From positions 9,197,865 through 9,261,864 of the forward strand of contig CAJINV010000001.1 of the NCBI GenBank assembly GCA_905178155.1: DNA of 64,000 nt. The letters are read 5' to 3'. The stretch comes from Amoebophrya sp. A120 (Eukaryota > Protista > Dinoflagellata). A program made the translations under genes and the position numbers. How positions within the stretch are numbered: the stretch's first letter is position 1; each line of letters begins with the position of its first letter. The notes beneath the pieces are model-generated. The model saw nothing but the letters and a program-made list of their open reading frames with translations. It did not search any database and was not told the DNA's origin. Positions 13,119 through 24,300 of this stretch are shown piece after piece.

Positions 13119-13329
13119 GAAACGCAATCTGACGTGTCCTCTGCAGAAGAGGACCGGAAGGTGATACACTTTGACTTTTTCTCTCAGAAAACGCGACGCA
13201 ATAAAACGCAATACTTCTACGACAGAGGTGGCGTTTTCATTTCTGACTACGAGTCTCCTGTAAGGTGTTCGAGTTGTTCCAGCCACACCTCATCATGCCA
13301 TACGAGCTCTGCCAGATCACGTTTCGTTC

Positions 13330-15660
13330 CTTCCGATCCGAGAGCCCGACAGAAAGCGCAAGAGCGCCGCGCAGGGTCTGGCTCATTGCCCGGCAGTTAT
13401 GCCCCCGCGGGCGGATGCCTGTGCAGCGCTCGAAAAAGCCTGGCGCCGCCCCGTGCCCGCGCATGGTGGTGGCAACGGCGGCGGCCTGGGGGATGCCCCC
13501 GCCCCTTTTGCAAGGGGGCAACTGCCGGAGATCAGTGATGTGCGGAAACGCAGCGGCGGCGTCGCGTCGACCCCCTTGAGCCCGGCACAGGGATACTTCG
13601 CGAGAAGCTGGGGCTAGCCCTCGACAGTCATCGTTTTGGAGATGTTAGCAATGCAAGGCCGCCGGAGCGATTTCCGGCTGGCGCACGCTGCCCGCCCGGC
13701 CGCCCTCGTCTCCACCTTGCGCAGGTTACCTGGCACTGCTGCGGGGCCTGCGCAGATGGCCGGGCGGCGATTGGGGCCGCTACGAGTTGACGGCGGCGGG
13801 CGGCATCTCCGCAAGGCAGGCGTTGGCGGGCATCCGCAGCAGGAACGGCGGCGGGCCGCGGTCGGGCGCTTGTTTTACGGCGTCCCGGCGGGGAACGGCG
13901 ACGGGAGCTGCCGGGCGCGGGAAACCTTGCGCGACCCGCTGGCGACGAGCCGCCGCGAGATAGCGCCGGGCGACGGAGTAGCTAGAGGCGGGCCGTGTGT
14001 GCGAGCTCCTATACGGGCAGCCCTATAACGAGGCCGCAGAGCCTGGCTCGGCAATGCGCGGGCGCCGGCTTTTTCGCATTTTGAGCCCCTGCGCTGGCGT
14101 TGCCTGATCGAACCACGGGCCGCCCGGTGGTTGCTTGCGTGCGCGCTGCCCCCCATCGCGCCGGGGATGCGCGGGGATTTTTTGGGGGGGGGCCGGCGGC
14201 CGCCCATCGGCCCCACCTTCGTCCGCGCGGGCATACCGGGGCCGCGGGCGGGCTGCAGTTTTTGCAGTCCCGTCGTGGTGCGGGGCAAGGCCGGAGCGCC
14301 GTCCCGTTCACTTCCGCCATCGGGGCGCTTGGGGCGCCCATGTGGCTACGTGCCAGACCGACGCGGGCCGAGGCAGCGCACACCGACCCAACTACATCTC
14401 CAAGGCCGGCGACTGGGCTCCCGAAAGGTTGCGGGCGGCGGCAGCGCCAAGGCTAGGCGCCGCAGTCGCCGGACGGCAGCCGGGCACAAAATAGCCGGGC
14501 CCGGTGCGATGTCGCGGCGGCGGGTTTTTCGAAGTGCCGAGGCGGCCGGGCGGGCTCTAGGGTTCGGGCGGTACCACAGCAGCCCACGGCGGCGGCCTCT
14601 TCGTCTCACCCGCGCGATTCCTGGCCTCCCTTTTCCGTTGTGGCGCGAAATATATCATCTACACCGCAGAAGAATTGCCGTGTATGTTTTTGGGCGGACA
14701 TGCACCGATGTGGGCCAAGGAAGTATCCATTTCTATGAGATGCGGCTCATAGGGTTGGGGCAGCCCGGGCGCCAGATGAAGAACGTGCTATCGCAAGAAA
14801 AAGCGCGGCGCCCGGGCGCGCTGCCCTGTTTTGCTGCTGCCGGCGTGCGCGTATCTTCGGCTGCCCGGCACATTGCGGGGCTTTGGGTTCCTGGGCTTTG
14901 CCGGCCACTGAGCAGCATGGCCGCCCGCAGTGAGGCAGGTGAATACGCGGGGGCGCGCCATCGAAGCCGGGCGCTTCCATCATTCAGGCCGGAGGGGGGA
15001 GCGATCGCGCGGCCGCGACCCGTCGCCCCGGGCAATCGCGAGCGTTCGCGTCTTGGTATCGTTGTCGGCCGAGGATCCAGATGGCCCACGGCAAGACGCC
15101 GAGAGCGCGGCCCATTCGGGGCGTTGTGGCCTGGTGTTGTGCAGCTCGTCCGAAGTCGCTTTCCTTCGATGAGGGTAGCAGCACTCGGTCGAGTTCCAGC
15201 CCCCCCCGCTGCAGCTCCGCACAGGAGGGCCATCCATTCGCACAAAGCTGCGCCGCCCGGCTAGTGGCGCCCGCAGGCGCCGCAAGCAATCCCACAGGTG
15301 GCGCCCCCGCGCCCGCACTTGTTTGCAAAGGGCCGCAGCGCTTTGAGTGCTCGCGAGCCCCGGCAGCGAGCCAAAGCAGGGCGCCGCGCGCGGAGGCGGG
15401 GGCGGGGCCCCGCGTTCCGGAAGTTGCCCCGGAAAGGCCTCCCGGGCAACGCCCCTCATGCTCCGGCGGGTGGTGCCCAGAGTGCCCGGCCGTGATTGGC
15501 GCGGCCAGCCTTATTCGCGGGCCGGCGGGGGAGAGGGGTGCGGACGCTGTCGAAGCTCCGACTGCGGGCGCTTCGGTCGTCTTTTCAATTCGGAAACGAT
15601 AGGGGCAGCCACATTGCAACTGCACCGAAGCCCACCAGGGCCCCGGTCTTGCTTATGCAG
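13330..15660. other. Very GC-rich island without a credible intact ORF (decayed mobile element or poorly resolved sequence)
   Basis: Abrupt composition shift. ORFs in all six frames are Arg/Gly/Pro/Ala-rich and non-specific. G/C homopolymer runs. Confidence 0.5.
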
Positions 15661-16267
15661 TTGAAAGTTCCCGCAGGGTGCATATTGGTCTGCGCGAAGT
15701 GGTTTATGGATCAGATCAGTTCGATACTATGCCGCTTGAGACGTTGGTCTTGCTGATCCAATTCGCAAGAAACCAAAGTCACGCGTTCGTTGAAATAAAT
15801 CCATTGTTCCTGAATGCTCCCGGCCACTGCCGCGTGCTTGACTGTACGGACGCCCATGACCGTCAGTCGATTTCTCCGCGATGCAAGCACTTGCTCGTGA
15901 CGTCAAGAGCTCAACCTCTGCGCAGTTTCCGCAGCTGGTAGTTCTGTTAAGGCGGGAATATGTACCAGAATCGCCCTCGCTATTGTATTCCCGCATGTAT
16001 CAAAATCAATGAATTCGAACTCAGCGAAGGAAGAAACCAATGTAAGTTTCCAACGTCTGATCGTCAGCATACAGACCGAGCGTCACCATACAGAAATAAA
16101 CCCTGCTGTACTCAACAACTCGAAATTTATCGTTGGAGTCGTTTTATTTTTGTTGCAGGTATTTGCCGAGAAACGAAAAACTGACCTGCAGGTTGGACCT
16201 CCGTCTTTTACTTTTTCACCATCTCGAGCTGCGTGCAACGTGCTTCATACATTGCATCAAAATCAAA

Positions 16268-17589
16268 ATGTCTGCAGCGTCGCCGGATAAAAACCCAATC
16301 GAGCCTTCCACGGCTGAGATTCGCATCCGGAATTTCACCGGCACGGAGCGGACTGTCAAAGTTGACAGATTACCCGTCGCAAATGGAAGCACTTCGCGAA
16401 GTGACTAGATGTAATTTGTTGTATGACTGCAAAAATAGGATATGGATTTTGCTTTGCAGGATCCGTTTCCATGCATAACAACCTTCTTCGGAAGAAAATC
16501 GCACTCTTGATCGTCTGCGACAGTGCTACTTTTCTCATAGGATACCGAACCACCGTGAAAACGGTTGAAGACCTGGCTGCGCCCGAAATGTTAGCGGACT
16601 TCTTCGGCGAAGATGATCTTATTCCTCCGGTATCCCTTGTGCGTTGGATTGTCGTCCGCGATGCCGCGGAGCAAACCAGCGAAATTTCGGAGCCGGACAC
16701 TGGCGAAGAAGAGTTTGCTCCTCCGTCGGATGACGGAACCTCGATGGTAATGAGCAGCGAAGAGCAAGGAGTAAAGCAAGAAGAAAAGGTTGCCGAAGAG
16801 GAGAAGCAATCTGCGTCGAAAGAGGATGCGTTTCTGGACCCTGCGACGGAAGTGAACTTTGAAGATCCGAACATGACGTACCAGTTTGTGATCGTGGCCA
16901 GCGGTTTCAAAATTGAGAACGAGGAGACGAGGATCGTGCTGAAGTGGGCGAGTCGCATTGGCAAAGTGGTGGAGCCGTTGGAAACGGTGGAGATGGCGCG
17001 CGCTTTTATTTACGACCGCGTCTACCTGCAAGTTCCGAAGGACTTGCGGGCTCGTGCGCTGGTTCATTTTTTTCCTGTGAATTCTGTCGCCGCCGGAGAA
17101 GACTGGCCAGCGCTATGGGACCTCGAGCACGCCGGGCAAAGGAATTTGCTGCAAGCAATCTTACAGCTTCCTTCCACAGAATGGAAAAAACACGAACAGC
17201 AGAGCAATGGGCAGGTGTTCACTGTGTCCCTGCGGGAGCACTTTGGCTTCGAAATCACAATACAGGCTGTGCTTTCTGGAATGATGAGCCCCTCGGACGA
17301 CTATCTTGCAGGGATGAACTATCGTCCGGTTAAACCAGGACTACTGCGACTGGTGAAAGAGGGCCTCAAGACGGCAAAAGGAGGGGGCCAGATGGATCCG
17401 GTCAAAGTAGGTATGCTGATTCGTGTGCATGAAAGTCATCCTAATTACGAACCGACTTATCATCCGGGTTTCGTAGAGGAATGCAGGAAATTGCTTTTGT
17501 CGTTCTTTGAAGGGCAAGGCGACGTGGATTCGCTCCTCTTTACAGAAGCATTGCAAGGTCACAAAGGCGTCGACGGCAAAGGAAATTAG
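16268..17589 (+). CDS. Hypothetical protein
   Basis: Exon 1 MSAASPDKNP..IRIRNFTG, GT donor at 16401, in-phase AG acceptor at 16459 or 16540, then the long ORF to TAG 17587-17589. Confidence 0.6.
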
Positions 17590-18323
17590 TGGTGGCACGC
17601 CAGAGCGACTAAGGACACTTGCAAGAAGTGGTGGCGCAGCCCGCATAGCAAGGATTACGTACGGGATGACGGTGAAGGGAAAGGTTGGGGCAAAGGCTAT
17701 TGCGGTGGGTTATTCAACAAGGGATACTATTATTGCGGAGACCACAGCGGCACGGGTAAAGGCAGCGAAGGAACCGAAGGAAAAAATTAAGTACGGCAAG
17801 TAGAAAAAGATCGTTTCTTGACAGCACGCAACACTTGGCTAGCAGCAAAATTACGAAACTAATCCTGTGCATTAGAGAAAAGTATTTACTGACTAGACTT
17901 GGTCAACAACGAACAAGGACAAGCGACAAGACATCGACCGATTCCAGCGCATATCCATTCCCATTCTTGACCAATCAAATTTGCTAAAAGACTACTCTCT
18001 GCCAGTGCCATAAAGTAATTGGGCCACGTCTTCTACTACGCATACAAACCTCATGGAGGCTGCCTGTTTGTTCGAACTGCTCAGATACCAGATCTTGCCA
18101 ATGAGCAATGCCTCGGTCTTGCGGTAAGTAGTTTGTTTGCTGAGTCCGCGCGACCTGCTTATGCTTGACGAGACGGACGACCACGACCAAAACTCGGTTG
18201 CTCCGCAAAGGAAACGCATAGTCTTCACGTCAAGAGTTTGACCTTTGTTGTGGTTTCGCAGCTCTTTGTAGTGCTAGTGCGAAAATAAGTATCAGAATCG
18301 GCCTTACTAGTCTATTAGAAACC

Positions 18324-21300
18324 ATGGCTGCTCCTCCATCCGCGGCCCTTTTGCGTCGACCCGTCTTCACGGTGTCGTTAGTTTCTCCAGGTTTTGCCGT
18401 CCTTTCGTTTGTCGTTGTCTCCGCTTGCCTGCTCACCGTCGCATTTATTTTGTGTCGCTTGGTCTACACGAGAAAGAAGGTTTCGGCTAGGACACCTAAC
18501 GTGCCACACAACAGCCATTCTTTCCCACAAAAAGATTTTCACGAGGGCATTTTGGAGGTGCTGGACTTCAGCACGAAGGCAGCGCTTGGGTCCTCTGAGC
18601 AGCACTCTGTGAAGGTCCTTTGGCACAAGGGGTTCCGCAATTCAATCTTCGCCAAGGCAATCGTTGGACTGTGGGTGTTACTTGTGTTGCTCAGTCAGGC
18701 GTTCCTCGGCCTGCTTGTACTGGTATGGCAACCGAATTACATCGACGATTATCTGTGGCTGACCAACGGATTCTTCCATCTACAACTCTGTACGAAAGCT
18801 CATTTGCAGGCAACATTCGCGGCCCCAAGTGGAACTGATACAAATGGAAATGGGGTTGGAGAACGTGATCACGACATGCATCTCGGCTACCACTTTCTGC
18901 AGTTCCTCGAAACAACCTTCACGCCGCTTTTCGACAACTCTGTGAGTTTCATTTCCAGCCCGCAGTACTGCAACCCGGAGATCGGAGAGACAACGGGCGG
19001 CTTCCATGTAAACAATGTTGGCGTGGTGTTCATCGTCGTGTGGGGCTTCAGCATTGCAGTACTTGCCGCGTTTTTTCTTCTCAAAAACACTAGGGCTGCG
19101 CAGCTGTTGCAAATCCCAGCCTTCCTTTCCGAGGCAGATTACGTCATCCTGGAGGAGTGGACCTTTGAAATCGGAGGGGGTGGAAATGCGAGTGATGATG
19201 GAAGCTGCAACACGGCCCCGAAGAAGATCCTTTGCGACATTGCGACCCAAACACTGAAGCCGCAAGCGCGACGCATTCTTGGCAGCGCCAATGTGCATAA
19301 GGGAACAGCACACGGCATCGACAGCTTCAATTTTCACTGTGCACGGTATGTGTACAGAAATAATCTAGGAGAAGCGATAGCGAATACAGAGACCGCAGTA
19401 CTTTCCGGCTTTTCCGAACCGCGTAATTACCCCTTGCTCCGCGAAATGAATTGCGGCGACATTCTCGCTGAATACAATTCGGATTACGAACTAGCACTCC
19501 GCTCCCCGCACGATGAAGACCACCAACCGCACTTGGAAAGTGGAAAAAGCAAACAGGCGAAAGAAGAAAAAATCGCCTTCTATGGGAAGAATGAGATTGC
19601 GATTGAGGTTCCGAAGTTTCTGAGTTTTCTGACGCAAGAGATTTTCGACGGCATTCTCCTTTTCCAGCTTCAAGCGCTCTGGGCCAACGTGTTCTTCGTC
19701 AATGTGCAGGTGGCTTTCGTGTCGCTTCCAATTTTCCTGCTCTTCGCCGTTCGGGAAGCGTTTCGGAACATGAGGAATCGGGAGCAGATTCGGCAAGTCG
19801 CAATCGCGGAAACCGCCGCGGTGTCTGTGGAACTGGTGGAGCCGATCGGCACCAGCTGCTGTCAGCAAGGCCACGGCGGGATGGACCACTTAGTAGAGCA
19901 AAAGCTGCAGAGGAGTTCCTGCAGAAACGTTGCAGCTGCAGAAGACACCACCAAAATGCAGAACAAGGCCAACACTTCTTGTGTGGTTGAGATGAACAAA
20001 GTTGAGTCTTGGAACAAGCTTGCCTCGACGTCCCCAGGCGACAACAAACTTGCATCGCCGAGTACAAACTGCCCAACGGACCACGATGAAGAGGATAAAC
20101 AGGATGATTTTGGTTTTGCTGACGATCTTGGCAAAACCTGTAATAATATGGACCTGCACGTGGTCGAGTTTGTCTCTTCGGATAAGGGAGTTTCCTGTCA
20201 ACAGCAGTGCGTAGACCACAGCGACGTAGAATCATCATCGCATGGTAAGGTGTTTTCTCAACCAAATCAAACCGGGCCTTCCACAACCGTGGTACCCGCC
20301 GACCAACTGATCCCGGGCGACGTGATTGCCATTTCCAACGGCTTAACCTTACCGTGTGACTGCGTCTTGCTCAAGGGCTACGTCGTTCTAGACGAATCCT
20401 CTCTCACTGGCGAGGCCATGCCAATCCAGAAGTTCCGCCTGGACGACGGGACAAGCGAGGAGGCACTGTACTTGAATGCAGTGGAGGACGGACGAACAGA
20501 TGAAGAGAAACTGCCAGGTGAGGGACCCGCGGGAGACCCCCGTCTCCAGGGGAGGAAACTGTTCGAGGAAACGAGCCGAGAAGACACGCTCAAGGAACCG
20601 CAAGGAAAAATACAACAGGAAGTAGTAGATATGGCGAGCAGTACCGGCGAGATTTGGCCCTCTGACGACGGAGAGGTTGACAAAAACGCAACGACAGTCG
20701 TCCAGCACGATCTCTTCCGGGATAGCTGCTATTCAATGAACGGATCGACTTCGTCAGAAGAAGAGGCTATATCAAGAACGTCTTCTCCCCGTGAAGAAAT
20801 GCAGAAAAATGAACCAGAGCGAACGAATAAGAAGTCCGAAAGCATACGGACTGCACCTGATTTCCCTCCGCTGGAAATCACGACCAATCACGAATTCATT
20901 ACGAAGTGGGTGCCGAACCCGAAACTCGCAAAGAAGCACTTCTTGTACGCAGGCACCAAAGTCATGCAGGCTGGAGGTAGCGCAACTTCAACTTCCAGTG
21001 GTGCAGCAAACACCACTCCGCAAACCCTCGCGTTAGTCGTCGCGACTGGTTCCAGCACGCGAAAAGGCCAGCTCATCAAAAATCTTTTCTTCGAGAATTT
21101 CACGGCGAAAAACTACAAGTGGAACACCGTGAATTACAGCATTGCGGTTGCCATCTCCGCAGTCCTCTCCTACGTCTACGTCATTTGGGGGCTGTTTCAG
21201 ACCAACCAGAACTGGCTAGAGCTCCTGATTTACGGCCTCTTCGACGGCGTGAAATCCACCTCCCGGGCGATCTCGCCGTTTCAGACCATCGGCTGTCGGC

Positions 21301-24300
21301 TCGGGTCGCAGAACAGTGGGGAGCGGTTGAAAAAGGAGAAGAACATTTCTTTCTGGAACCCGGCGCGGATCCCGATGGCGGGGAAAGTCAAGGTCCAGTG
21401 CTTGGATAAGACGGGGACCATGACCGATTCGGATTTGAAATTCCATGGTTGGATGACGGTGGCGGAGGTGACGAGCTTTTCCCCCGGTCTCCCCAGTCCC
21501 ATGAGTGTAAAAAGGCGGTGCGAATTCGGTCGCTTGATCGACGGTGAACAAATTGTGAAGGACGACGAGTACCTTCCCGACGGCGAACATTTTGTCGACT
21601 CGGTGTTCGCACGGAAAGTTAAGCGCATTCGCGATTCCGTTTTCGGAAAGGCGTTGCAGGAGCGAAAGCGGCTGTTTCCCTGGATCGGCGCAAGAAATTC
21701 ATCCAGGGGCAATCTTGGGCAGAGAAACGGAAAGAACGAGCACACTGACAAATGCACCAGCAGCAGCGATGACGAGCAACTCCGAGGGAAAAGCGAAATG
21801 GAGCTGTCGACGCTGTCACTAGCGATGCTGACCTGCCATACGTTGAGCCGGTTGGAGCCGGTTACGACCGAAGAGCAAATCGAGAGAAGAAACAACGACC
21901 CGAAGACTTGGTACTTGCAGGATAAGTTCGCGGGGAACGCGGTGGAGAAATCGCTAGTCGAGTACTGTCTCAAAGCGCACAATCAAGTGACGAATTGCGC
22001 AAGTTTTCACGGCTTCCAAGGCTTCCAGGAGCCGCGAGGAACGAAGACAAGGACTGGGGTGTTGTTTTTCCAGGACCACCCTAGTGCGGAGGATTGTAAA
22101 TCCTGCTTTCAACAAACTTCCGATACAGTAGATCGCCGTACTAGCCACAGGAATCTAAATCTTAGCAGTGACACCGAAACGAGACACCAAGCCCCGGGCT
22201 ACATCATCAACAAACCCTCTCCACCCGCGTCTCTCGTTGCGCTTTACCGCCTACACGCTTTTTGGGACTACGAGAAGAAGTCAGGGAGTGAAGCGCACCG
22301 CTCCGACGTCACGATCGCGACCCTGCGTGCGTTCGAATTTTCCCAACAGAAGCAGTTGCAATCGGTCGTCGTCCGACATGAGAGTTTTTCTTTTTCAAGA
22401 ACTTTTGTCCTTGCGAAGGGGTCGCCGACCATGATCGCGAAAGCCTGTCTAAAGGATTCGCTCCCGTCCGACTTCTACTTGAAAACGCGGGATCTCGCCC
22501 GACGCGGCTACTACGTTCTTGCGGTCGGGAGTAGAAAATTGAAAAATCACACGGAGGACTCGTACGAGAACGTAATGAAGGCCAAACGCGACGACTTGGA
22601 GCGGGACTTGACGTTTTCTGGGCTGCTTTTCTTCAAAAACTCGTTGCGGCCGAAATCCAGTGAAGCAATTTCGCATTTGAAGCAAGGTTGCGTGCAACCC
22701 TGCATCGTGACCGGGGACAATCTCTGGACGGCACAGTACATCGCGGAAGAAAGTGGCGTGTTTGACCCGAAGAAGGAGCGGATGATTGTCGTCGAGAAAG
22801 ATAGCGATGCCCAACAAACAACTTCCACTAATTCTTTAGCTGTCCAACTGTCCTCGAATAGTTCTCCTCTCTCCTTTCGCGAGGTTCTTGACAGCAGCAC
22901 GCTGATTCCGAAGAGCCAATCCGAAGTGTGGGAACTAATGCAGGAAGATGAAACTTGCTTGGACTCTGTTTCTTTTGGCGGGGTGGAAACAGCGGGTGGT
23001 AAGCTTACGAAAAAAGAAGAACCCGTACAGGAAATCGATGACAACTTGCAGCGCCAAATGAAGAGAAGCACCTTCGCCCACATGCGGTCAACCTACACCT
23101 CGAGTGTGCAGCTGCACAGGAATAGCGCGGTCTCGATTTACGCAGGATGTGGCGAGGAGCAGAAAAAGAAAGTGAGATTTGCCGTTAGTCAGGATGCTTT
23201 TTCGGTGCTCTTATCGGAGAATTGTCCGACGGTGTTGAATTCGTCGACTGCGGCCACCAACAAGCAGTTCCTTCTGGAGCTGTTCAAACGCACCCACATC
23301 TTCGCACACATGACCCCGCAAGGGAAGGTGGACGTGATACGCTTTTTCATCGACGAGCTCGGTGTCGTGGTTGGCATGTGCGGTGATGGAGGAAACGACT
23401 GCGGTGCATTGCAAGCCGCACACGTCGGCGTCGCGCTGGTCGAGGGTGGTAGTGATCATGCCGCCAAAGAAAAAAGCACGTCGGAGGACACTGCTGGCGG
23501 TGGCGCAGCAAGCTTGATTTCTTCCTTTTGCGCGTTGGCGGAGCCGAGCGGGATTTACAGTGTCGTTTACATCATCGAAGAGGGGCGCGCGTGCCTCCAC
23601 AGCAGCGTCGCTTGTTTTGCGTTGTTCGTCCTGTACGGCTTGCTGTGCGCATTTGGGAAAAATTTGATGCTCGTCGAGGATACCGCGCATTCCGAATACG
23701 TTTATCTCAAAATGGACATCGTCGTTATTATCGCTGTGATGCTGGCTATGACGAGATCCCGGCCCACGAAAAACCACAAAGTAGAACAGGACCCGAACAA
23801 GTTGTTGCTGAAAGGCGTGGGGTTTAAGGTGTTCGCTCGAACGAAACTTTTCCCGCTGCTGCGACTGCGGACGTACGTATTCGCGATTTACCGGTGGGGA
23901 ATCCATTGCTGGAGTCGAATCAGAAGAATCGAAGTGGTTGAAATAGATCCGGACGACACGGAGGAAGAACCGGAGGAATACGTCCGGAAGGTGATGGGCC
24001 CGCTTGCCATGCGCACACCGACGAGCAACATCGCCGGGGTTTCTGTCTGGTGGCAGATTTTGTCTTTGTTGGTGCTGCACAGCCTCGCGCTGGTCTTTGT
24101 GTTTTACCCGTGGCTACCGGGAGAGCCTTGGTATCGGAAACCAGATTTGCGGAGTTTAAGGCTGGCACCGAACGAGTTCTGGAACATGAGCTCCGGGATG
24201 CTGAATAATATCACGTTTTGCTGGCTTCTTGGCTCCGTCCTGCAAGCAAGTCTCGTGTACAGTCGTGGTGGAAGATTCCGGAGACATTTTTGGAAAAATG

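Noticed and set aside
13400-15660. Many overlapping Arg/Gly/Pro-rich ORFs (e.g. 14131-15264)
   Set aside because: Expected from stop-codon scarcity at very high GC. No motifs or codon pattern like the true genes.
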